The position numbers were made by a program, and so were the translations under genes. The notes under the pieces are model-generated. The model was not told the origin of the DNA and did not search any database. It saw only the letters and a list, made by a program, of their open reading frames with translations. From NCBI GenBank assembly GCA_028873695.1, contig JAPPNU010000062.1, positions 257,057-321,056 of the forward strand: DNA of 64,000 nucleotides, given 5' to 3'. The stretch comes from Gemmatimonadota bacterium (lineage in GTDB: Bacteria > Latescibacterota > UBA2968 > GCA-2709665). How positions within the stretch are numbered: position 1 is the first letter of the stretch; each line of letters starts with the position of its first letter. Of this stretch, positions 18,926 through 27,339 are shown piece after piece.

Positions 18926-19349
18926 TTCAATCGGTTCCTACGTAAACAACCGGGCACGCAACGCATCGGACCACTCTGGATTGTCGTCCAGGATGCGTAA
19001 AAGGTCATCTATCGTATGAATCGTGGTGTTCACGGAGTTTCCTCAATGGCTGTTTTATCCATCGCCCAATCAACCGGCCGGGAAGATAACTCACCTGCAT
19101 TCATTGCAAGTGAAATCAATATACGGAAATCGGACACACAGGGCAATATAGCGGCTGAAAATCATGTACTGGATGGTTATTCAAACAGGACAATCACGGA
19201 TGGAAAAGATCCCTCGTCACGCGAGATACGCGGACTTGCACGGGCGACATCGCTCACCGCCGGTTCGAATAGGGGCCTGGGACGAAAATGGGCGTCGAAC
19301 GGTCCGCCGGCATGAGTTTCAACGCCATTCAGCTCTGGAAAGGGAAATA

Positions 19350-21479
19350 TTAGCGGCTGATGGTACGAACGATGCGCCCCTGCTGATCAACGACGTAGAC
19401 GGGATCATTCATCAGCCCGGCGCCGCAGGTTAGCTCGGGCGCGAGGAGAGAGGGCAGACCCAATGGCGGCATCTGCCTTTCGCCAGTAAGATTGAAGTTC
19501 GCTGTGGCATCCCACGACTGTTCTGCGCCCGATTGCGTGAGGATGTCCGGCCCTAAGGTGTTTGCGTCGAAGCCTAGACCTGCCGACGCTGACATGGCGA
19601 TCTTCGCTCCCGCGTTGGCTCCGGGCAGGGTATACGGATCGGCCTGCGTGACATCGATCCCATAGCCCAGATCGGCCAGAGACTGGATCGTGATCGCGCT
19701 CAGCGCCCCCCCAATCGCAGAAGGCGCCATCAGTTCGCCCGCGAGCACCGAGTAACTCCAGTGCCCCGGATCAGCCAACGGCACCTTCGCACCAGGGTAG
19801 TTTCGTCCGCCAGCTTCATCGAAGGCCGCAATTGCATGTGGACCGTTGAAGTGCTCGTCCCCGTCTGGCGGGTTCTGATAGAAGCCGAGATCGTCCCAGA
19901 CCAGACCGAACCCAAGGACGTGCCCTATTTCGTGAAGCGCTACGTTCAGCAGATCAGGGGATTGCATGTTGAAGGACATGCATCCGACGACTGACTGATG
20001 GGTCTCTCGCAACACTGATGAACCAGCCCACCCCAGTGGACCCTCTTCGTGGCTGACCGCATAGATTCGCAGGTCGTCTATCCGCTCCCCGGAGGCGATA
20101 TCGAACGACTGATCGCCGCATCCGTCCGACCAACCTTCAGAAAATTCATAATCCGGCAGGTCCTCTGTAATGATCGACATCCAGCGCCGAGTCGCATATC
20201 GGATTACGTTCTTCTGACCTTCAGTGAATCCGTCGAGAAAAACGAGTTCGATGTCGAAGTCGCCTTTTCGGAAAGAGTCAAAGTGCACCGTCGCTCCGTT
20301 GCGCTTGTGCGAGGGGATTTGTTGGTTGATGGATGATGCGTTCAGAGGATTGCCCCTGAGATCCAGCTCAGTCAGCCGCGTCAAGCCGCTCAGTGTCGCA
20401 ACGTCCGTGATGTTGTTGAACGCAAGATTCAGGTCTGTCAGGCGGGTGAGGACTCCCAGCGCAGACACATCCACGAGGTTGTTAGCTCTGAGGTCCAGCT
20501 CTGTCAGGTCAGGCAGGTCTCCCAGTGCCGATACGTCCGTGATCCTGTTGAACCCAATCCTCAAGGTTTCCAGTTTGTTCAAGCGTCCGAGAGCCGACAC
20601 GTCCGTAAGATCGTTGTCGTCAAGCCGCATGATTCTCAGGTTGGTCAAGCCGGAAAGTGCGGATATATCCGCGAGGTTGTTATGATCAAGTTCCAATTCT
20701 GTCAGGCTGGCTAAGTTTCCCAGCGCCGATACGTCCGTGAGGTTGTTGATCCCAAGCCAGAGGATTTCCAGCCTGGCCAATCCGGAACCGGCTAGAGTCG
20801 ACAGGTCCACGCGCCTGTTACCTCTAAGGTACAACTTCTTCAGGTCAGCCAGGTTTCTCAGTGCCGACAGATCCCTGATCCTGTTGAATCCAAGATGCAG
20901 CTCTGTCAGTTTCGTCAAGCCGGATAGCGCCGACACGTCCGTTAGCTGTTGATGGCTGAGGTGCAGGAACGTCAGGTTGGTCGCCGACTCCAGCCCGGTC
21001 AAATCGCTGATGCCGGGCCACTCCCAACCAGGCGCGGTCAGAGCGTCCAAAGAGTTCAATTCAGCCCTTGTGATCGGTGCGCCTGTATTCTTGCCCAGAG
21101 CCGCCTCAATCGCAGCCCGCAGGTTCGAATCGGGGATTGAGACCAGTGAAGACACCTCTCTGCCGAAGTTCTGTGCAAAGATCACAAAATCACCAAAGCC
21201 GATCTCGTCGTTGCCGTTCAGATCGTACTGCGCGTCATATCCGTCATCGCCCTGTACCAGGCCGAATTTCGCCGCGAACTTCACGAAATCGCCGAATCCA
21301 ATTGTACCGTCGCCGTCGAAATCGGGAATAGATGCAGTGTCGTCGCCTCGGGCGTCGACCGAGATCACATGAGACGTCGCGCGTTCGTCATCTAAACTAG
21401 CGCCAATGGCCGCGTGGCACACGAACGCCAACAGCGGGAGGGCGGCAATGGACAACAACAATCCTCGTGTAAATGACAT
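19350..21479 (-). CDS. Secreted dockerin-like / LRR / HExxH metalloprotease-like protein
   Basis: GGAGG then ATG at 21479. Signal peptide MSFTRGLLLSIAALPLLAFVCHAAIGA. Paired Ca-loops DFDGDGTIGFGDFVKFAAKFG and DLNGNDEIGFGDFVIFAQNFG. About 11 22-aa LRRs (LTDVSALSGLTKLTELHLGFNRI...). C-terminal domain with ALHEIGHVLGFG. Confidence 0.75.
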   Translation of the reverse strand: MSFTRGLLLSIAALPLLAFVCHAAIGASLDDERATSHVISVDARGDDTASIPDFDGDGTIGFGDFVKFAAKFGLVQGDDGYDAQYDLNGNDEIGFGDFVIFAQNFGREVSSLVSIPDSNLRAAIEAALGKNTGAPITRAELNSLDALTAPGWEWPGISDLTGLESATNLTFLHLSHQQLTDVSALSGLTKLTELHLGFNRIRDLSALRNLADLKKLYLRGNRRVDLSTLAGSGLARLEILWLGINNLTDVSALGNLASLTELELDHNNLADISALSGLTNLRIMRLDDNDLTDVSALGRLNKLETLRIGFNRITDVSALGDLPDLTELDLRANNLVDVSALGVLTRLTDLNLAFNNITDVATLSGLTRLTELDLRGNPLNASSINQQIPSHKRNGATVHFDSFRKGDFDIELVFLDGFTEGQKNVIRYATRRWMSIITEDLPDYEFSEGWSDGCGDQSFDIASGERIDDLRIYAVSHEEGPLGWAGSSVLRETHQSVVGCMSFNMQSPDLLNVALHEIGHVLGFGLVWDDLGFYQNPPDGDEHFNGPHAIAAFDEAGGRNYPGAKVPLADPGHWSYSVLAGELMAPSAIGGALSAITIQSLADLGYGIDVTQADPYTLPGANAGAKIAMSASAGLGFDANTLGPDILTQSGAEQSWDATANFNLTGERQMPPLGLPSLLAPELTCGAGLMNDPVYVVDQQGRIVRTISR

Positions 21480-21739
21480 GACCTGTCCTCCTCTCTTCGA
21501 AATCGTCCAGACGCGATGTCTTGCGTCAGGCCATTTGACAAAACTGACATTCAACGCTCGCGTTGTCCGTATCAAGCAAGAATCCACCGATGATATGGAG
21601 TCCAGCAGAGTCGTGTCGATCCTTAATATAACGCATAGTTGCTGAATTCGTTTTGATATTCCGGAAGTTTGCGTTTGATTATCGATGAAATTCAGGCCCC
21701 GGGGCGGACTCAGCCGTTTCGTGACCAACACCTACTGGT

Positions 21740-24325
21740 TCATGGGGCCTTTCCGAAGCTTTCTGCGAAGATCAGAAAATCAATGAACCCGATCTCTCCG
21801 TTGCCGTTCAGATCGTACTGCGCGTAATATCCGTCATCGCCCTGAACCAGGCCGAACTTCGCAGCAAACTTCAGGAAATCGCCGAATCCGATCGTCCCGT
21901 CGCCATCAAAGTCTGGATTGCGGGATTTCGAGATCGCATACGGCGACACATCCCACATCTTTATCGTGTGGTCATGACTCCCACTGACAAGCGTGTTTCC
22001 GTCTGGGGAGAACGCTACAGATCCGACTGTCCCAGTATGCCCGATGAAGATTTTCAGATGGTCTCCCGTACCGACATCCCACAACCGAATTTCGCTATCA
22101 GAACTGCCGGTTGCGAGGGTGACTCCATCAGGGCTGAAAGCAACCGGGTAGACACCGGTCTTATGGCCTTGAAGTATTCTCAACGTCTGTCCTGTAACTG
22201 CATCCCACAACCGAATTGTAAGGTCCCAGGCGCCAGTACTTGCAAGGATGCGACTGCCAATGGGGTGGAAGGCTGTTTCGACCCAATCTCCAGAAATCCT
22301 TTTACTATGCTCACTTAAGGTTCTCAACGGCTGTCCCGTGCCAGCGACCCAGAGCCGGATAATTCTGTCCGTACCTCCACTTGCAAGCGTGCGACTATCC
22401 GCACTGAAAGCAAGGCTGGTAACATTGTTATCCGGATGTCCTGGCAGTGTGGCGTTGTATTGCCCTGTAACAGCATCCCACAACCGGATTTCGCCTATCA
22501 GATCTCCAGTCGCCAGCCTGCGGCCATCAGGGGAATACGCGAGCGCCGAAACGCCGGACGTATGCCCAAAAGCAGTATGAGGACGCTGTGCACTCATTCC
22601 TTCAAGCGTCTGCTTGTGCTGTCCGGTTTCCGCATCCCATAACTGAATTTCACCCCAACTGCCATTCGTCGTGAGCGTGCGACCATCGGGTGAAAAGGTG
22701 ACCGCAGAAACAGTATGTGTAAACCCGGTGATTCTGGCTTTCTGTTCTCCCGTGACCGCGTCCCACAGACGCACCGTCTTGTCGTCACTCCCCGTTGCGA
22801 GTGTACCACCGTCCGGTGAATATGCAACACGAAAGACTTTACCGGTATGTCCGGTAAAGGTTTTCATAGCCGTCACCGGGATATCCGTCGTATTCACCGT
22901 AGCACTAAAAGTCACTTGACGGGAAACGCCGGAGACGCTCACCACAACGCGGTATTCATCCGTAAATCTCCCAAGGGTGAGAAAACTTCGGGCACGCCCT
23001 TCAGAATCGGTCCACGGATTAGTAACCGATAGGTTGCCATCGCCGGCAATCACATCAAATGTCACCTGAATTCCTGAAACAGGCTCCTCATCCGCGTCTC
23101 GCACTGTAACCACAAAGGGTTCTATAAGGCGGCTGTTCACATAACCGACCTGGTTATCCCCCGAGACTTTTCGGAGCGTCGTCGGGCTAAGGTTGCCAAC
23201 GTCAATCACACCATCTACGCGCTCCAGTGCGTCATCCACATAGATGGAATAGCCCTTCCATCTGAAATTTCCATGCACGTCAATAATTCCGAGTTCCACG
23301 TCATTACTGTCTCTGGATGTCAATTCGGTGGTGATGAATTCAACTGTGTTGTCTGTTTCGCCATTCAAGGATTTGCATCCGAGCAAACTGAAACCGGGTT
23401 CTCTTGGAATCATTAACTGTGCTTGATGGAGTCCATTGTGGTCGGTTACCTCAAAGCGAAGACTGTAGGCATTCGGTCGAACTACGCGTGGCGATAGCAG
23501 ACGAATCGTTGCCGGTTCGTCATTGGGAGGGGTTTCTCTGTCATTGAAGTAAGGATGGACATTCAACCACCCGGCAGCACACTTCGACAATCGCCTGTTG
23601 TGGAAGTCTACCCCTATGGTGTAAGACATGATGTCTGCTTCAGCTTGAACGGTACGGTCGCGGAAGTCGTGTTGTAATCCAAAGGAGTGTCCGAGTTCGT
23701 GGCCCGCGATGTATCTACGTAGAATGTACGGCTCGTCTCCGTGCGTATCGAAGGGGATATAGCAGATCGTAGCCCCGCCACGATAGGCTTGGCCGCCTCC
23801 GCGCCAATTGGATCCTGGATAGGTGATGTCTGCCGCGATGAAATAGATGTTCCGAGATGTGTCAAACCGATTATCGATTTCTTTCAGGACTCTGTCGAAG
23901 GCACCCTCGCTTCCATTATAATATGATGCGGTGAACTGCCCGTTCACACGATGTACATGAATTTCTCCGCTGGCGTCGGTCTCGACAGCAAAGGCTCTTC
24001 TGCCAAACCCGTTGCGTTCCATCTCGTCGGAGTAGAACCGTCGAACGGCTCGTATTAAAGTGTCCAGCTTTGCGTCGATGTCTGGATGAACCGCACGGTC
24101 GTTTGGCAGAAAATAAATCACTCGTAGTGTGCCCGGTTCGCCCACGTTGAGATTCGCCGATTGCTTGGCCGCAGGAAGGGGACGTTCGCTGCGCCACTGT
24201 TCGTAATCGGACGGTAAACAGAATTGTACGCTGTCGGGCGGTGCAGGCGAAGCTGAACCGCCGGAATGAAGGCAGACCGATGCTAATAGGCACGTCGCCA
24301 GATGAATTACCGTTTTGTTGTTCAT
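21740..24325 (-). CDS. Secreted HExxH metalloprotease / Ig-like (Big_1-like) / 7x WD40 / C-terminal dockerin-like protein
   Basis: Signal MNNKTVIHLATCLLASVCLHSGGSA. Protease motif HELGHSFGLQHDF. Ig-like VSGDNQVGYVNSRLIEPFVVTVRDADEEPVSGIQVTFDV. Seven repeats of the form SPDG.TLA.GS.D.T[IV]RLWD. C-terminal DFDGDGTIGFGDFLKFAAKFG...YDLNGNGEIGFIDFLIFAESFG. Confidence 0.8.
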   Translation of the reverse strand: MNNKTVIHLATCLLASVCLHSGGSASPAPPDSVQFCLPSDYEQWRSERPLPAAKQSANLNVGEPGTLRVIYFLPNDRAVHPDIDAKLDTLIRAVRRFYSDEMERNGFGRRAFAVETDASGEIHVHRVNGQFTASYYNGSEGAFDRVLKEIDNRFDTSRNIYFIAADITYPGSNWRGGGQAYRGGATICYIPFDTHGDEPYILRRYIAGHELGHSFGLQHDFRDRTVQAEADIMSYTIGVDFHNRRLSKCAAGWLNVHPYFNDRETPPNDEPATIRLLSPRVVRPNAYSLRFEVTDHNGLHQAQLMIPREPGFSLLGCKSLNGETDNTVEFITTELTSRDSNDVELGIIDVHGNFRWKGYSIYVDDALERVDGVIDVGNLSPTTLRKVSGDNQVGYVNSRLIEPFVVTVRDADEEPVSGIQVTFDVIAGDGNLSVTNPWTDSEGRARSFLTLGRFTDEYRVVVSVSGVSRQVTFSATVNTTDIPVTAMKTFTGHTGKVFRVAYSPDGGTLATGSDDKTVRLWDAVTGEQKARITGFTHTVSAVTFSPDGRTLTTNGSWGEIQLWDAETGQHKQTLEGMSAQRPHTAFGHTSGVSALAYSPDGRRLATGDLIGEIRLWDAVTGQYNATLPGHPDNNVTSLAFSADSRTLASGGTDRIIRLWVAGTGQPLRTLSEHSKRISGDWVETAFHPIGSRILASTGAWDLTIRLWDAVTGQTLRILQGHKTGVYPVAFSPDGVTLATGSSDSEIRLWDVGTGDHLKIFIGHTGTVGSVAFSPDGNTLVSGSHDHTIKMWDVSPYAISKSRNPDFDGDGTIGFGDFLKFAAKFGLVQGDDGYYAQYDLNGNGEIGFIDFLIFAESFGKAP

Positions 24326-24344
24326 TCGCAACGCCGTCCTTGAA

Positions 24345-26450
24345 TCAGGGGTCAATGGTGCGGATGATATTCCCCTGCTCATCGCCTATGTGGATCGTGC
24401 CGACGGGTCCCGGGTCGGAGTTGTGAACGGCGACGGGCTTCGATCCTGCCGTGGGGGGCTGAGCAGTGCTTACAGAGGCGGGAAGCCTGTACGGATCGGC
24501 CCGACTGACGTCGACAATGTAGCCGAGATCGGCTAGGGACTGGATCGTGATTGCACTCAGCGCGTGTTCTCTCTGAATCGTCGGTTCCATTATCTCGGCG
24601 CCGATTTCGCGGTTCAGGCCCCGAAACACGTGCGCTCGCCAATGGGCGGGTGACCCACATGCCGCCCCGCCACCACGACCAAACTCCACGGAGACCTTGT
24701 TCCCAATGTAGCTCTCGCCGCCCGCGGCGTTGAAGGCCGCGATGGCCCGCTCACCGCTGAAGTATGTATCTCCCTCCAGGTCATGGAGCAGATCCAAATC
24801 CGCCCAGATAGGCCCAAAACCAAGAACGTGGGCTATCTCGTGGAGCATCAGGTCCCGCACAAGGCGCTCCTCTATCCACACCGGCTCCGACTGTTGCTTT
24901 CGGGCAAGGAAGGACTCATCAATCCAGACCTGCCCCAGGGCCGGCAGGCCGATCGGGTCGCCCGAACGCATATAGGCCGGTCCGGCTCGTCCTGCGGGTC
25001 CCCCAAGGGCAGTCTTGTGGATGAAGATCCGCAGGTCGTCCACAGTATCTTCAACGGAAGCACTGACGCTACCGTCATCGTCGACAAAGACAAAGTGATT
25101 TGTCGAAAAATCCACGTCCGGCAGACCCTCTGTAATGATGGTCTCCCAGCGTCTGGCTGCCTGCTGCATCACGTCCCGGCGCGCATCGGTGAAGTCGCCA
25201 TCGAAGACCAGTTCGATATTGAAGGGGTCCCCCCCGGAAGGGACGACTCGAACGTAGGCGCCGGCGGAGCAGTTGTTGTCGGTATTGGTTTCACCGGGGA
25301 TGCCATCGACGCACGCGCCGTAGTAGTACGTGCCGGGGCTGGAAGGCGCAGTTACACTGATTTCCTGTCGGCTTGTTCCGGAGGCGGCAAGTCGGGTTCC
25401 GGGTCCGCTGACGCGGCCGTCGAAACCCGCGAGGCTGCCGACGGTGCCGGCGCCGGCTGGCGCGTCGGCGGCGTCGATGACCGCGTCGTCCGAGCGATAG
25501 TAGCGCAGCGTGGTCGAACCGGCTGCTTCAGGGCCCTGGTTTCTTACCGTCGCATGAAGCGTGAACGATTGCCCCGCCAGGGGAACGCTCGTGCTGGCCC
25601 AGGTCAATCCGACGGCCAGGTCCGGAACCCCGACGTTCATCGGCACCGACTCCGAGCAGTTGTTGTTCGTATCGCTCTCGCCGGGGACGGGTTCGACGCA
25701 GGCGCCGTAATAGTATGTGCCCGGACTCGAGGGAGCCTTCATGGGATAAGAAACGTAAGAGCGGGGAAAATCAATATCGACGGAGTATATCGGATACCCG
25801 CCGTGTTCCGCGTCGGAGACGTCGATGGTGGCATCGTCCGAGCGGTAGAAGACCATCCGGGGATTGGCGGCCAGGTCCGTTCCTATGTTTCGCACCCACA
25901 CCTTCACCGTGAACTCACCCGGCCTCGATCTCGAATCGAGGATTGAAGGGTTTATGACAATCAAGTCCGGGCTGCCGCCCTCGACGGCCTTCACAGTCAC
26001 GGGTACGCCGACCGAGCAGTTGTTCTCCAAATTGGTCTCGCCAATCGTTGGATCGACGCACGTTCCGTAGTAGTACGTGCCTGCCACGACTGGAACCTGG
26101 AAATGAATCGTCGATATCAACCTTTTCCCGGCAGGCAAGTTGGAAGTGAAACCGGGGCTCATGTCGTCGTTGGCGTCGATGGTTGCGTCACGGGAAACGT
26201 AGTCACGCGCCGTCGTTGGGGCCGCTGGACCGGATCCTATGTTCTCAATCACTGTTTCCATAGTAGTCCCGCCCCCACGGGTCACGATCGGATGGGTGAT
26301 CCTTGGAGGATGAACGGTCAGATCCGGAGTCCCCCCATGCTGCCCTCCACGGTGACGCGTACACCGGCGGAGCAATTGCCGAAAGAATTGTGCCAGGGAA
26401 AGACGCAGACCCCATAGTAGTATGTGCCGCCATACGGCGGCGCGAGCCAA
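24345..26450 (-). CDS. 3' segment of a frameshifted dockerin-CARDB-metalloprotease gene (3 CARDB-like repeats plus a HEIAHVLGFG protease-like domain)
   Basis: Repeats end in TYYYG[AT]CV[DE]P..GE.[DN]..NNCS. The C-terminal domain is paralogous to that of 19350..21479. Homologous coding starts near 26337 (GGTPDLTVHPP). The ORF-track N-terminus MARAAVW... overlaps the upstream segment out of frame and is probably not real. Confidence 0.7.
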   Translation of the reverse strand: MARAAVWRHILLWGLRLSLAQFFRQLLRRCTRHRGGQHGGTPDLTVHPPRITHPIVTRGGGTTMETVIENIGSGPAAPTTARDYVSRDATIDANDDMSPGFTSNLPAGKRLISTIHFQVPVVAGTYYYGTCVDPTIGETNLENNCSVGVPVTVKAVEGGSPDLIVINPSILDSRSRPGEFTVKVWVRNIGTDLAANPRMVFYRSDDATIDVSDAEHGGYPIYSVDIDFPRSYVSYPMKAPSSPGTYYYGACVEPVPGESDTNNNCSESVPMNVGVPDLAVGLTWASTSVPLAGQSFTLHATVRNQGPEAAGSTTLRYYRSDDAVIDAADAPAGAGTVGSLAGFDGRVSGPGTRLAASGTSRQEISVTAPSSPGTYYYGACVDGIPGETNTDNNCSAGAYVRVVPSGGDPFNIELVFDGDFTDARRDVMQQAARRWETIITEGLPDVDFSTNHFVFVDDDGSVSASVEDTVDDLRIFIHKTALGGPAGRAGPAYMRSGDPIGLPALGQVWIDESFLARKQQSEPVWIEERLVRDLMLHEIAHVLGFGPIWADLDLLHDLEGDTYFSGERAIAAFNAAGGESYIGNKVSVEFGRGGGAACGSPAHWRAHVFRGLNREIGAEIMEPTIQREHALSAITIQSLADLGYIVDVSRADPYRLPASVSTAQPPTAGSKPVAVHNSDPGPVGTIHIGDEQGNIIRTIDP

Positions 26451-27061
26451 TCCAGCGACACCGTTTGAGTGGCCGAGGCTTCTAATTGCCCCACGGCGAA
26501 TGCCTCGTTGTAGATAAACGCGTCGGTGCTGTCGATCGTGGCGTCGGTCGATCGGAAGAAGTCCAGACTCGCACCCCTTGCATCACTCCCTGGGTTGCGC
26601 ACCGTCGTCACCAGAGTGAAGGTTTGCCCCACCGTCAGGCTATTGTCGCTGACTTCAAACGACTGAATCGTCAGCCAACGGTCTGTTCCTCCTGTTCCGC
26701 CGTCCCCTTGTGAGCCACCGGTTCCGGAAGAAGCCGCCGCTTTCCCGAAGTTCTCCGCCAGGATCAAAAAGTCAGTAAACCCGATCGCCCCGTCGCCGTT
26801 CAGATCGAATAGCGGGTCATATCCGTCATCGCTCTGACCCAGGCCGAACTTCGCCGCGAATTTCAGGAAATCGCCGAAGCCGATCGTTCCGTCGCCGTCG
26901 AAGTCGGGGATGGACACGGTATCGTCTACGTTGGCGTCGACGGAGATCGCATGGGACGTCGCTCCTCCGTCGTTTGCGCTGGCGCCGACTGTGGCGTGGA
27001 ACAGGAATGCCGTCAACGTAAATGCGGCGATCCCGACGATGCCTCTCAAGGGATTAATCAT
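26318..27061 (-). CDS. 5' segment of the same gene: signal peptide, dockerin-like pair, first CARDB-like repeat
   Basis: AAGGAGG then ATG at 27061. Signal MINPLRGIVGIAAFTLTAFLFHATVGA. Dockerin-like DFDGDGTIGFGDFLKFAAKFG...FDLNGDGAIGFTDFLILAENFG. Ends ...CSAGVRVTVEGSMGGLRI* exactly where paralogues continue with PDL.V. Confidence 0.7.
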   Translation of the reverse strand: MINPLRGIVGIAAFTLTAFLFHATVGASANDGGATSHAISVDANVDDTVSIPDFDGDGTIGFGDFLKFAAKFGLGQSDDGYDPLFDLNGDGAIGFTDFLILAENFGKAAASSGTGGSQGDGGTGGTDRWLTIQSFEVSDNSLTVGQTFTLVTTVRNPGSDARGASLDFFRSTDATIDSTDAFIYNEAFAVGQLEASATQTVSLDWLAPPYGGTYYYGVCVFPWHNSFGNCSAGVRVTVEGSMGGLRI

Positions 27062-27216
27062 CTGTGACCTCCTTCTTCGTCCATCCGGTTTCTACTGTCG
27101 ATTGAAACGTCGAAGCTAATTCGACGATGAGCCCGAGCAGCGCTGAGACCTTTCCACTGTAGCGTTTTGCGACACCAGGCGCACACGGCTACGGCAATGC
27201 CGACTGCGGCCGTCGC
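27062..27216 (-). repeat. Island upstream module R3, copy a
   Basis: ...GACGATGAGCCCGAGCAGCGCTGAGACCTTTCCACTGTAGCGTTTTGCGACACCAGGCGCACACGGCT... shared with 38630-38945 and in part with 42001-42246, 38451-38520 and 41305-41333. Confidence 0.6.
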
Positions 27217-27339
27217 TCGCAACTGATGTGTAGTCTTCCCGAAAAGCAAGGGCTCGTCGAATAGCGGGTGGAGTGTGCCGTAGCCAGACGACATTGATCA
27301 TCGATCGGCCTGCCGAGAGCGATCAGGTCCCGATATTGT

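Noticed and set aside
20300-20950. Regular ~66-bp periodicity (also at 32100-33000) that at first glance resembles a repeat-spacer array.
   Set aside because: The periodicity is the 22-aa leucine-rich repeat of an open reading frame. There are no invariant repeats with unique spacers, so this is not a CRISPR array.
26337-26450. N-terminus MARAAVWRHILLWGLRLSLAQFF... of ORF 24345..26450 as a real start or signal peptide.
   Set aside because: It overlaps the 3' end of 26318..27061 in another frame. Paralogue alignment shows that the true reading frame enters from the upstream ORF through the G6 frameshift.
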